From Anaerolineae bacterium (GTDB lineage Bacteria > Chloroflexota > Anaerolineae > Anaerolineales > UBA4823), in contig QEXX01000004.1 in the NCBI GenBank assembly GCA_003130835.1, positions 3,826 through 67,825 on the forward strand: a DNA stretch of 64,000 nucleotides, written 5' to 3'. Positions 9,545 through 19,124 of this stretch are shown here, in pieces. The position numbers were made by a program, and so were the translations under genes. The number at the start of each line of letters is the position of its first letter. The first letter of the stretch is position 1. Below the pieces are notes generated by a model. The model saw only the letters and a list, made by a program, of their open reading frames with translations, had not been told where the DNA came from and did not search any database.

Positions 9545-10966
9545 ATGGATTTATTTGATCACGCTGTTCAAGAAGCCTTGAGAGCAGAAGCGCCATTGGC
9601 TTTCCGCATGCGGCCGCGCACTCTTGATGAGTTTGTCGGCCAAGAGGAAATCGTAGGCCCGGGCAGGTTGTTACGCCGTTCGATTGAAGCCGATCGCTTA
9701 TTTTCGTCGCTTATCTTCTGGGGTCCTCCCGGGAGCGGCAAAACTACCCTAGCAATGGTGATTGCCAATCAAACCAAGTCTCACTTTGAGAGTTTGTCTG
9801 CGGTCTTCGCCGGTAAGTCTGAACTAAAAGAGGTCATCGAAAAAGCATTGGAAAGACGGAGACTTTACCGACAACGCACCATTTTGTTTGTCGATGAAGT
9901 ACACCGTTGGAACAAAGCTCAACAGGACGCGCTTCTGCCTCATATCGAAAATGGGACGGTAGTTTTCATCGGCGCAACGACCGAAAACCCCTATTTTGAA
10001 GTGATTGGAGCGTTGGTTTCTCGATCGCGTATTTTTCAACTGCGCCCATTAGAAAATCATCATATTCGGACGATCTTGGAACGCGCCTTAAAGGACCCGC
10101 AGCGAGGGTATGGGAAACGATCGATTACCCTGACTGACCAGGCGCTTGAGCACATCATACGGGTTGCTGGCGGGGATGCCCGCAATGCCTTAAATGCCCT
10201 GGAATTAGCCGTAGAAAGTACTCTACCGGATGAACAGGGGACAATTACGATTACCCTTGAAATTGCCCAAGAGTCGATTCAGCGGCGCGCTGTTTTGTAT
10301 GACAAAGACGGTGACGCTCATTATGACACGATCTCTGCGTTTATTAAATCAGTGCGTGGCTCAGATCCGGATGCGGCGCTATATTGGTTAGCCAAGATGC
10401 TCTATGCTGGAGAAGATGCGCGCTTTATCTTACGGCGCTTAATCATCTTAGCCGGCGAAGATGTTGGTTTAGCCGATCCGTTGGGATTGGTCGTGGCGAC
10501 TGCTGCGGCGCAAGCTTTTGAGTATGTCGGTCTACCTGAAGGAATCTATCCGTTGGTTGAAGCAACCTTATACTTAGCGACGGCGCCAAAGTCGAACAGT
10601 GCCATGGCTTATTTCAAGGCTTTTCAACTTATCGAGCAAGAAGGCGCCCAAGCCGTGCCAACGCATTTGCAGGATGAGTCGAGAGACCGGCAGGCTTTAG
10701 GGCATGGCGTGGGATATCGTTACCCGCATGATAGCCCAGATCATTTTCTGCCTCAGCAATATTTACCTAGATCCCTGCTAGGCACGATTTTCTACCGTCC
10801 TGCTCAGCAGGGATATGAAGCGATGGTGCGGGAGCGTTTGGCGAGCTGGCGCAAGGCACAGCGTGAAGCTCTAGGGATTCAAGAAGAAAAAGAAGTGCCT
10901 GACCTGAACCCTGAGGAAATTCAGGGAATCAAGAGCAAACATAAAGTCAGTGGGAGGATCGATTAG
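9545..10966 (+). CDS. rarA: replication-associated recombination protein A (AAA+ ATPase)
   Basis: Walker A GPPGSGKTT, Walker B LFVDEVHRWNKAQQD, and the MgsA C-terminal signature YDTISAFIKSVRGSDPDAALYWLA. Confidence 0.9.
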   Translation: MDLFDHAVQEALRAEAPLAFRMRPRTLDEFVGQEEIVGPGRLLRRSIEADRLFSSLIFWGPPGSGKTTLAMVIANQTKSHFESLSAVFAGKSELKEVIEKALERRRLYRQRTILFVDEVHRWNKAQQDALLPHIENGTVVFIGATTENPYFEVIGALVSRSRIFQLRPLENHHIRTILERALKDPQRGYGKRSITLTDQALEHIIRVAGGDARNALNALELAVESTLPDEQGTITITLEIAQESIQRRAVLYDKDGDAHYDTISAFIKSVRGSDPDAALYWLAKMLYAGEDARFILRRLIILAGEDVGLADPLGLVVATAAAQAFEYVGLPEGIYPLVEATLYLATAPKSNSAMAYFKAFQLIEQEGAQAVPTHLQDESRDRQALGHGVGYRYPHDSPDHFLPQQYLPRSLLGTIFYRPAQQGYEAMVRERLASWRKAQREALGIQEEKEVPDLNPEEIQGIKSKHKVSGRID

Positions 10967-10969
10967 CGA

Positions 10970-11593
10970 ATGCCCCTAATTTTCCTGGTGCGTCATGCAG
11001 AAAATGATTACACACGCAAAAATCGCTTGGCAGGGCGCTTACCAGCCGTGCATCTAAACCAGCGCGGGCGTGAACAAGCCCATCTGTTAGCTAAATATCT
11101 GGAAAAAGCACCGCTTAAGGCAATCTATTCTAGCCCTTTGGAAAGGGCAGTAGAGACGGCTGAACCCCTGGCGCAAATCCATCAATTAGAAGTAAAACTT
11201 CATTCGGGGTTAATTGAGTTGGACTATGGAGACTGGCAGGGGGAATCCTTGAAAGGGTTGCACCGTTTGAGACTCTGGAGGACGGTACAAAATACGCCTT
11301 CCCTAATGCGTTTTCCTCAAGGTGAAACGATTCTTGAAGCACAATTTCGCATTACCCAAACGATTCACGAGATAGCCAGTCAATTTGGGGAAAACGATTG
11401 GGTGGTGTGTGTCTCACACGCTGATCCGATTAAGCTTGCCATGGCACACTTTTTAGGCATGCCGTTGGATATGTATCAGCGCCTCAATGTGAGTTTGGCG
11501 TCGATGAGTGTCCTCCATCTAACCCAACAAAGCGTGCGGGTGTTGGCGGTCAATTTCTTGCCAAACTTGTTTGAGGGTTTAGCCAAGAAATAA
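10970..11593 (+). CDS. histidine phosphatase (phosphoglycerate-mutase-like) family protein, MSMEG_4193-like putative phosphomutase
   Basis: LVRHAEN catalytic His motif near the N-terminus and a second His in VSHADP. Lies close to the DUF3090 and SCO1664-family genes. Confidence 0.75.
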   Translation: MPLIFLVRHAENDYTRKNRLAGRLPAVHLNQRGREQAHLLAKYLEKAPLKAIYSSPLERAVETAEPLAQIHQLEVKLHSGLIELDYGDWQGESLKGLHRLRLWRTVQNTPSLMRFPQGETILEAQFRITQTIHEIASQFGENDWVVCVSHADPIKLAMAHFLGMPLDMYQRLNVSLASMSVLHLTQQSVRVLAVNFLPNLFEGLAKK

Positions 11594-11601
11594 ACCCGGT
11601 T

Positions 11602-12483
11602 TTAAATATCGATTCCAAAGACTCGTCGAATGATCAAGCCCAGCACAAAAGAAAAGGTGGCAACACCGAGACTGATGATGGTCATCTCCACAAAACGTTT
11701 TGTGAAGGAAAAGTCCTTTGCAATCGAGATGTAATAGTTAAAAATTGCGATGATCAAGATGGCAGTCAACAAAGCGCTCGCTAAAGCGATAAGATAATTG
11801 GTCAAAAGCAAGAAAGGTAACACAAGCAGAGTCACGGTTAGAATGTAAGCAAATCCCGTATATATAGCTGATTTCAGGGGGTCTTGTTCGCCAGCTTCGG
11901 CTTTGGTTGATAGATATTCCGAAGCCGCCATAGAGAAGGAGGCTGAGATACCGGTGATTAAGCCTGCTAGGGCGATGATGGATGTTTTTTGGAAAGCGAA
12001 AGAAAAACCAGCTAACGCTCCTGTAAGTTCAACCAGAGCATCGTTTAAGCCTAAAACGACCGAGCCAGCATATTTTAGGCTCTCCTCGTCGATCATATTG
12101 AGCAATTGGTTCTCGTGTACTTCCTCTTCGTGCAAAACTTTTTCGATCTCTGGAATATGGGCAAGGTGATGGCGGTAGTCTTGTTGGGCTTTTTCCTCGC
12201 TTTTTTCCATTAATTTCACGCCAAAGGTCAACCCAAATAACTTAGCGATCCAATAGTAGAGATTAACTTTCGTCCAATTTGGTTGGACATCCACCTGCGT
12301 ATAGCGTTTCCAGGTTGTATAATGCACCATCTCTTGATGGGCGATTTTTTTTAGCAATTCGCGATTGGCTTCGTCCTTGATGATCGAGGCGAGTTTCAGA
12401 TAGGTGTGGTAACTGTCAATCTCGTCCTGCTGGAGAATTTGCAAATCTTTAGCTAATTGGGGGTTGAGAGTGATGGTATCCAT
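11602..12483 (-). CDS. VIT1/CCC1 family iron/manganese transporter with N-terminal ferritin-like domain
   Basis: N-terminal four-helix ferritin/rubrerythrin-like region (EIDSYHTY..., EMVHY..., EEVHENQ). C-terminal VIT1 region (GLNDALVELTGALAG) with five predicted TM helices. Confidence 0.75.
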   Translation of the reverse strand: MDTITLNPQLAKDLQILQQDEIDSYHTYLKLASIIKDEANRELLKKIAHQEMVHYTTWKRYTQVDVQPNWTKVNLYYWIAKLFGLTFGVKLMEKSEEKAQQDYRHHLAHIPEIEKVLHEEEVHENQLLNMIDEESLKYAGSVVLGLNDALVELTGALAGFSFAFQKTSIIALAGLITGISASFSMAASEYLSTKAEAGEQDPLKSAIYTGFAYILTVTLLVLPFLLLTNYLIALASALLTAILIIAIFNYYISIAKDFSFTKRFVEMTIISLGVATFSFVLGLIIRRVFGIDI

Positions 12484-12646
12484 GCTCGTTCTATCCTAAC
12501 TGATTTGATGGGTTATCCGATATTATAACAATGTTTATCCATGATCTTGTCTTTATAAATGCTTCAGACAGTGGAAAAGAACAGCTTGCATCTGGTATAC
12601 TTTAGATAACCTTTTATCCGAGCTTTACTCCTGCCAGGAGCGTTTC

Positions 12647-13174
12647 ATGCCGCCAAAGGAAATTGATTTACGTCCGGTAACGCACATCACGACGGATGCG
12701 ATTGGTAAACCAGGTCAACGGGTGTTTTACATTCAAGCATCGCAAGGTGAAAAGCAAATCACGCTTATTGTCGAAAAAATTCAGATCCAAAGTTTGGCGA
12801 TCGGGTTTGAGCAGTTTTTAGAGGAAATTTATCGCAAGTTTCCCCACTTACCTCAGACGCCTGCGGAGTATGATGAGAGTCAAATGCATATTCAACCACC
12901 TGTGGATCCGCTCTTTCGCGTGGGTGAGATGGGGTTAGGGTATGATGCTGAAAGCGACCTGATTGTTCTCGTTGCTCGTGAGCTGGTGCCGGAGGATGCT
13001 GAGAATGTTGAACCAGCAGTGGTACGCTTTTGGTGCACGCGGGCGCAAATGCGTGCCATGTGTCAATGGGGGATTGAGGTTGCCTCGCGTGGAAGACCGA
13101 TTTGTCCTCAATGTGGTCAACCCATGGATCCGGAAGGGCACTTTTGCCCCAAGAAAAACGGGCATAAGCATTGA
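12647..13174 (+). CDS. DUF3090 family protein
   Basis: Size and N-terminus (GKPGQRVFYIQA...) fit the family. The C-terminal CPQCGQPMDPEGHFCPKKNGH zinc-ribbon-like tail is its hallmark. Stop overlaps the start of the next gene. Confidence 0.75.
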   Translation: MPPKEIDLRPVTHITTDAIGKPGQRVFYIQASQGEKQITLIVEKIQIQSLAIGFEQFLEEIYRKFPHLPQTPAEYDESQMHIQPPVDPLFRVGEMGLGYDAESDLIVLVARELVPEDAENVEPAVVRFWCTRAQMRAMCQWGIEVASRGRPICPQCGQPMDPEGHFCPKKNGHKH

Positions 13175-13908
13175 GCGAGATGGCTTCTCTCGATCACGAA
13201 GCTCTGTTGTACGTTTTAGAACACGGTGAGATCCATTTAGAAGGGGAGTTCTTGTGGGGGTCGAATGCCTCCTTTTATACATCGGTGAGCTTAGATGGCA
13301 AGGTGTGGAAAGCCGTATATAAACCGCTGCGGGGGGAGCGCCCGTTGTGGGATTTTCCAACACGCACCTTAGCCAAACGCGAGGTGGCTGCGTACCTCGT
13401 TAGCCAAGCCTTGAACTGGGAATTGGTGCCCCCAACAGTTTTTCGTAAGAATGCTCCGTTTGGAGCAGGATCGCTACAAATTTATATTGAACACGACCCG
13501 GACTATCATTACTTCACTTTTACGCCTGAAGACCGTCAACGACTGCGCCCGGTGGTGGCATTTGATCTCGTCGTAAATAATGCCGATCGCAAGGGCAGTC
13601 ACGTGATGGTCGATCGCCATGGACATATTTGGTGTATCGATCATGGAATTTGTTTCCATGAACAAGAGAAACTTCGCACGGTGCTTTGGGATTTTGCTGG
13701 TGAGCCGCTACCGCCAGCCCTGTTAGAGGATTTGAGGCGGGTCGATCGAGAGCTAAAAGACGAAGTGGATTGGGTGATCGCATTGCGTGCTTATCTTTCA
13801 ATGGCTGAGATAGCGGCCTTACAACAGCGCATCGAGGCCTTCATTCGTCAACCAATTTTCCCGGCGCCCCCAGAAGACCGACGCCCTTATCCATGGCCAC
13901 CCATTTAA
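13171..13908 (+). CDS. SCO1664 family protein (distant PI3/PI4-kinase-like fold)
   Basis: Kinase-like catalytic-loop motif NNADRKGSHVMV and metal-binding-like IDHGICF. The start may be the TTG at 13171 or the ATG at 13180. Confidence 0.7.
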   Translation: MSEMASLDHEALLYVLEHGEIHLEGEFLWGSNASFYTSVSLDGKVWKAVYKPLRGERPLWDFPTRTLAKREVAAYLVSQALNWELVPPTVFRKNAPFGAGSLQIYIEHDPDYHYFTFTPEDRQRLRPVVAFDLVVNNADRKGSHVMVDRHGHIWCIDHGICFHEQEKLRTVLWDFAGEPLPPALLEDLRRVDRELKDEVDWVIALRAYLSMAEIAALQQRIEAFIRQPIFPAPPEDRRPYPWPPI

Positions 13909-14954
13909 ATATCGAGGTCAAACGGATGTTAAGATCTGCAAGAGTTGCTTTGATTGGTTTTGGAAATGTAGGCCAGGCACTGGCGAGGTTGCTGCTGCGC
14001 AAAGAAGACGAACTGGCGCAAAAGTACGGTGTCAAAGTGCAAGTCAATGGAATTGCTACCGGGCGCCATGGCATGGCTTTGAACCCTGAGGGAATTAACC
14101 TTCAACAGGCTTTACAGCTTGTCGCTCAAAATTGCTCTCTCGATAGCCTCTCGCAAAGGGCGTGTGAGCATGTGGATGAGTTTCTCAACCACTGTCAAGC
14201 GGAAGTTCTCTTCGAGAGCATCCCGGTTAATTATCAAGATGGGCAACCGGCCCTGGGGATTTTAAAGCAAGCCATCTCCCTAGGGATGCACGCGATCACC
14301 GCAAATAAGGGCCCGCTTGTGCATGGATTTACTGAACTAAGTCGTCTTGCCAAACAAAATGGGCGCCAATTCCTGTTCGAATCGACTGTGATGGATGGTA
14401 CCCCCATATTTTCTTTGTTTCGGCACTGTTTGCCTGCAGCCAATTTACGGGGCATCTCTGGGATTCTGAATTCAACAACCAATTTCATCTTGACTCGCAT
14501 GGAAGCGGGAGAGAGCTTTGATCAAGCTGTGAAAACTGCGCAGGCAATCGGTATCGCCGAGACCGATCCAAGTGGAGATATCGATGGTTGGGACGCTGCT
14601 ATTAAGCTAGCGGCGTTGTCAACGGTGTTAATGGGCGTTCCTCTAAAACCTCAAGAGGTGGAGCGACGCGGCATCCGTGATTTAGAAGCGGGTGAAATTC
14701 AAGCTGCTCTCAAACAAGGCAAACGATGGAAATTGGTTTGCCGCGCTGTCCGAGAAGGTTCAAAAGTGCGTGCATCTGTGTCCCCAGAAATGGTCAGCGC
14801 TGAGTCTCCGTTGTATAATGTTAATGGCACGTCCAGCATCGCCCAGTTTGAAACCGACACCTTAGGCATTCTCACCATTATAGAGCAAGATCCCTCTCCG
14901 GACACAACCGCCTACGGACTGTTTGCCGATTTTATCCATACCCTAAACGCTTAA
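13893..14954 (+). CDS. hom: homoserine dehydrogenase family protein (no ACT domain)
   Basis: VALIGFGNVGQA Rossmann motif, TANKGPL, ESTVMDGTPIF, GILNSTTNFILTRM, GIAETDPSGDIDGWDAAIK. An alternative start at 13926 is possible. Confidence 0.75.
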   Translation: MATHLNIEVKRMLRSARVALIGFGNVGQALARLLLRKEDELAQKYGVKVQVNGIATGRHGMALNPEGINLQQALQLVAQNCSLDSLSQRACEHVDEFLNHCQAEVLFESIPVNYQDGQPALGILKQAISLGMHAITANKGPLVHGFTELSRLAKQNGRQFLFESTVMDGTPIFSLFRHCLPAANLRGISGILNSTTNFILTRMEAGESFDQAVKTAQAIGIAETDPSGDIDGWDAAIKLAALSTVLMGVPLKPQEVERRGIRDLEAGEIQAALKQGKRWKLVCRAVREGSKVRASVSPEMVSAESPLYNVNGTSSIAQFETDTLGILTIIEQDPSPDTTAYGLFADFIHTLNA

Positions 14955-14977
14955 TTTTTGTAAAAAGGAGGGAACGG

Positions 14978-15949
14978 ATGAAGATCCTTGAATCCGGAAG
15001 CGGGAAGTTGATTCAACCGCCCGACATTGACGCTTTCCGTGAATGGAACCGTCAGAAAAGCAAGGAATTGGTGGATAAACGCATGAGTGAAGCGGAAGCA
15101 GTGAGCCGCTTTATTCAGGACGGCGATTATATTGGCACCGAGCTTTATGGAACAGTTCGCTGTCCGATGTCGCTGGTCAGAGAAATCATCCGTCAAGGTA
15201 AGAAAAATTTACGACTTGCTGGTCAGGGGGTGATGGAATTAGACCTGTTGTTGGCAGCCCACACGGTAAAAGAAATTGACCTCACCTATGTTGGGTTGGA
15301 AGTGTATGGTGTTTCCAATGGCTTGCGCCGCGAAGTCGAAAGCGGACGGGTGGAAACGGTTGTAGATTGGAGCAATGCCAGCATCGCCTGGCGGTTCAAG
15401 GCTGCTGCAATGGGTGTGCCGTTTATCCCGGTGCGTTCAAATCTGGGGACCGATACCTTTAGGCACAGCGCGGCGAAAGTGATTGAATGTCCGTTTACCG
15501 GTAAACCGATCTGTTTGTTGCCAGCCCTAATTTTAGATGTGGGCTTGATTCATGTTCATCGCGCCGATAAATATGGGAATGCCCAGATTGACGGGATCAG
15601 CGGTTTTGCAGCCGAGATGGCGCGGGCGTCGAAAAGGCTCATTATCAGCGCTGAAGAAATCATTGATGAAGAAGAAATCCGCCGCTATCCCCACCGCACA
15701 ATCATCCCCTATTATTTAGTTGATGCAGTTGTCCATGCGCCATTTGGTTCCCATCCTGGCGAAATGTGCTATGTTTACCGGAGGGACGAGGAAAAAATCC
15801 GCGAGTGGGTGGAAGCAGCTAAAACGGAAGAATCTGCCCAAGCCTATCTCCAAAAATACATCTATCAAGTCCCAGATCATCAAGCCTATTTAGACTTGAT
15901 CGGTAGAGAGCGCTTAGAAAGCTTGAGGTACTCTGGGAGGGAGAGTTAA
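14978..15949 (+). CDS. CoA-transferase subunit A (glutaconate CoA-transferase GctA-like)
   Basis: 323-aa size, EIIRQGKKNL motif, AAGGAGGG SD, immediately followed by a B subunit. Confidence 0.75.
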   Translation: MKILESGSGKLIQPPDIDAFREWNRQKSKELVDKRMSEAEAVSRFIQDGDYIGTELYGTVRCPMSLVREIIRQGKKNLRLAGQGVMELDLLLAAHTVKEIDLTYVGLEVYGVSNGLRREVESGRVETVVDWSNASIAWRFKAAAMGVPFIPVRSNLGTDTFRHSAAKVIECPFTGKPICLLPALILDVGLIHVHRADKYGNAQIDGISGFAAEMARASKRLIISAEEIIDEEEIRRYPHRTIIPYYLVDAVVHAPFGSHPGEMCYVYRRDEEKIREWVEAAKTEESAQAYLQKYIYQVPDHQAYLDLIGRERLESLRYSGRES

Positions 15950-15950
15950 G

Positions 15951-16718
15951 ATGACTGCCATCGAGTACAATCCGACCGAGTTGTTGATTTGTACAGCCGC
16001 GCGCATGATGCCTGATAAGACCACAGCTTTCATCGGCACCGGAATCCCATTGTTGGCAGCCGCCTTAGCCCAACGGATGCATGCACCGAATTTGGTGCCA
16101 ATCTTTGAGTTCGGTGGTACGGGGGCAATCTTAGAGAGAATCCCTATCGCGGTTGGAGAAGAAAATACTTTCCATCGGGCGGTGGCAGCTTCGGGTATCT
16201 GTGATATCGTCGAGACGGCACAGCGTGGTTTCATCGAATTTGGTTTTCTGGGTGGAGCGCAAATCGACCGTTATGGCAATCTAAACAGCACGGTAATTGG
16301 CGATTATCATCATCCTAAGGTGCGTTTGCCCGGCAGTGGTGGCGCTAACGATGTTGGGTCGCATTGTTGGAAAACGATTATTATCATGCGTCACGACCGC
16401 AGACGGTTTGTGGAAAAGGTTGATTTTATTACCACCCCCGGCTATTTGGATGGTCCGGGAGGTAGGGAGCGGGCTGGGTTACCTCCCAATACCGGTCCAT
16501 ATCGTGTGGTAACCCAACTTGCCGTGTTAGGATTTCACCCTGAGACCAAAGCCATGATGTTGCTGGCTACCCAACCTGGCGTGACGGTAGCGCAGGTGAT
16601 TGCCGAAACAAGTTTTGAGTTGCTGTTGGCTGACCCAATTGAAGAAAATCCACCTCCCACAGCAGAAGAATTGCGGATTCTGCGCGAAGAGGTGGATAAG
16701 GAGCGCTTTTACATTTAG
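15951..16718 (+). CDS. CoA-transferase subunit B (GctB-like)
   Basis: 255 aa with GFLGGAQIDRYGNLNSTVIGDY..KVRLPGSGGAND. A candidate catalytic Glu lies in PIFEFGG. Confidence 0.75.
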   Translation: MTAIEYNPTELLICTAARMMPDKTTAFIGTGIPLLAAALAQRMHAPNLVPIFEFGGTGAILERIPIAVGEENTFHRAVAASGICDIVETAQRGFIEFGFLGGAQIDRYGNLNSTVIGDYHHPKVRLPGSGGANDVGSHCWKTIIIMRHDRRRFVEKVDFITTPGYLDGPGGRERAGLPPNTGPYRVVTQLAVLGFHPETKAMMLLATQPGVTVAQVIAETSFELLLADPIEENPPPTAEELRILREEVDKERFYI

Positions 16719-16725
16719 CCAGTGC

Positions 16726-17703
16726 TTATAAGGGCAAACGTACACCTAAGCCCATTTCAACCGCCCTTTGGTAGATGGTTGGCGCAATTGCCATATCGTC
16801 CAAGGCTAAGCCAAGGTTCATAGCCATACAGCGTTCGCTGGGCGATTCTCTGCCCGGTTTTTTGCCGACCACAATTTCCCCTAAATCGGCATACGGCTGC
16901 GGAGTGTCTTTGAAGTAACCCAAGGTACGGTAGTATTCCATTTGGGCTAAATCGTCGGTGGTAAATTTGTCCATTTGCTGCAGGGCTTCCCCTTTCCAAT
17001 AGGAGTCGAAGTCTACCGCAGTGGCAAAGGCCCCCGGTTGAAGCCAGTCTTTTTCGATTGTGGGGGTGGGATTCTTAAGGATTGGGCCAGCCGTCAGGAC
17101 GATCTCGCTTTGAGTCACCACTTCTTTGGGATGGCGGGTTGGTATAAATTCTAGGTCAGGGAACTTTGCGCCCATTTCAGAGATAAATTTCTCTTGAGCA
17201 GCGGGTAGGATGTCATAAGCGTAGACGCGTTCAATTGGAAACAGAGTTGTCATCGCTTCGGTATGAGTACGCCCTTGCACCCCGCAGCCAATGATTCCTA
17301 ACGTTTTGGAGTCTGGACGAGCAAGGTACTTTGCAGATACTGCCGATGCAGCCCCGGTGCGGTAAGCGGTAATCCAGGTGCAATCCATTACGGCATAAGG
17401 AAGGCCATTCTCTTCATCGTTCAAGATGATTAACCCTGAAATGTATGGTAAACCCCTCTGGGGATTGTCGGGATAGCCACTAACCCATTTGATGCCAGCC
17501 GAATGAAGCGCAGGGATGTAAGCTGGCATCGCATGGATAAAGGCGTTTGGTCGGGTATGAATGCCAGGTTTTGGGGGGAGTTCAACGCTTCCTTCCCCTT
17601 TATTGCGAAAAGCCTTTTCTAGCAGCTCGATAATGGTGGGTAAATCTAAGCCTACTGTTTCAACATCTTGACGAGAGAGATATAGTAGCGAAAGGTCTTT
17701 CAT
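16726..17703 (-). CDS. ornithine cyclodeaminase / mu-crystallin family NAD(P)-dependent enzyme
   Basis: Family-typical length, GIIGCGVQGRTH Rossmann motif, and TAYRTGAASAVSAKYLA. Confidence 0.75.
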   Translation of the reverse strand: MKDLSLLYLSRQDVETVGLDLPTIIELLEKAFRNKGEGSVELPPKPGIHTRPNAFIHAMPAYIPALHSAGIKWVSGYPDNPQRGLPYISGLIILNDEENGLPYAVMDCTWITAYRTGAASAVSAKYLARPDSKTLGIIGCGVQGRTHTEAMTTLFPIERVYAYDILPAAQEKFISEMGAKFPDLEFIPTRHPKEVVTQSEIVLTAGPILKNPTPTIEKDWLQPGAFATAVDFDSYWKGEALQQMDKFTTDDLAQMEYYRTLGYFKDTPQPYADLGEIVVGKKPGRESPSERCMAMNLGLALDDMAIAPTIYQRAVEMGLGVRLPL

Positions 17704-17719
17704 GCTTTATCTTCTCCTT

Positions 17720-18946
17720 CTATGAATCGTAGAGCCACTCTATAATGGTGGCTTCTCCCTGGCCGACACCCACACATAAGGTTGCCAAACCGTAAAACGG
17801 GCGTTTCGCCGTTGCAGAACGGCGACGCATTTCATGGAAGAGGGTCGTCATAATACGTGCTCCAGAACACCCTAAGGGGTGTCCTAAAGCAATGGCGCCA
17901 CCGTTGACATTAGTAATGTCATGAGACAAACCTAATTCTTGCATCACCGCCAAAGCTTGCACGGCGAAGGCTTCATTGAGTTCGATAAGCTGGATATCCT
18001 GAATGGAAAGGCCGGCGCGTTGGAGCGCTTTTTGGGTGGCAGGAACTGGACCAATCCCCATGATGCGCGGTGGAACTCCAGCGGCTGCGGAGGCGACAAC
18101 GCGTGCCTTTGGCTTTAAGCCTAGCTCTTTAGCTTTGTCCAGGCTGGTGATCAGCAAAGCAGCGGCTCCATCGTTTAGTCCGGAAGAATTGCCTGCTGTG
18201 ACCGTCCCGCCGGGGCGGAAAGCTGGTTTGAGGCGCGCCAATGACTCCATGGAGGTATCGCGGCGAGGGCGTTCATCCGTGTCAACCCAAATTGGGTCTC
18301 CTTTCGGTTGGGACACCGGTACGGGGGCGATTTCTTCAGCAAACTTGCCGCTATCGATGGCTGCAATGGCGCGCTGATGGCTGGCTAGGGCAAAGGCATC
18401 TTGTTTTTCACGGGTGATCTGTGGGTATTGTTCAGCCAGGTTTTCAGCGGTTTCACCCATTGACTCTGTTCCGTAGAGGCTTTGCATCTTAGGGTTTGGA
18501 TAACGCCAGCCCAAGGCGGTATCCCAAGCGGTTAGATTGCCAAAAGCAAAAGGGCGTTCGGCTTTTGGGATGGAATAAGGGGCACGTGACATGCTCTCAA
18601 CCCCGCCTGCGATAAAGATATCCCCCTCGCCGCTTTTGATAGCGCGGACAGCGTGATTGATGGCTGTAAGACCGCTTGCGCATAACCGATTGAAGGTGAC
18701 ACCAGCTACATGAACCGGGAAACCGGCTAATAACAACGCCATCCGAGCGACGTTGCGGTTATCTTCTCCGGCTTGATTGGCGCAACCCAAATAAACTTCC
18801 TCGACCAGTGCGGGATCAATTTGCGTTCGTTCAACCAGCGCTTTGAGGACATGAGCAGCTAGATCATCTGGCCTCACGGAAGCCAAGACCCCTCCTAATG
18901 CCCCGATGGGTGTTCGCACCGCGTCAATGATGACAGCTTCTGGCAT
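17720..18946 (-). CDS. acetyl-CoA C-acyltransferase (3-ketoacyl-CoA thiolase)
   Basis: Thiolase motifs [11 protein letters not shown] (nucleophilic Cys), [33 protein letters not shown]. Confidence 0.88.
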   Translation of the reverse strand: MPEAVIIDAVRTPIGALGGVLASVRPDDLAAHVLKALVERTQIDPALVEEVYLGCANQAGEDNRNVARMALLLAGFPVHVAGVTFNRLCASGLTAINHAVRAIKSGEGDIFIAGGVESMSRAPYSIPKAERPFAFGNLTAWDTALGWRYPNPKMQSLYGTESMGETAENLAEQYPQITREKQDAFALASHQRAIAAIDSGKFAEEIAPVPVSQPKGDPIWVDTDERPRRDTSMESLARLKPAFRPGGTVTAGNSSGLNDGAAALLITSLDKAKELGLKPKARVVASAAAGVPPRIMGIGPVPATQKALQRAGLSIQDIQLIELNEAFAVQALAVMQELGLSHDITNVNGGAIALGHPLGCSGARIMTTLFHEMRRRSATAKRPFYGLATLCVGVGQGEATIIEWLYDS

Positions 18947-19124
18947 AGTAGACCTTCCTTTTGTGGTTAGATTTACACCCCAGGCTATAACTGGAATTTT
19001 CCTGTTTCAGCGTATGCCAAAATTTCCTGATATACAGCGAAAGTTTGGCAACCTTGCTGAGTTCGCTCGATGTGATAGGGTTATTATACCTTCTCAGCGC
19101 TTGCGAAGGATGCCATGGCTGAGT

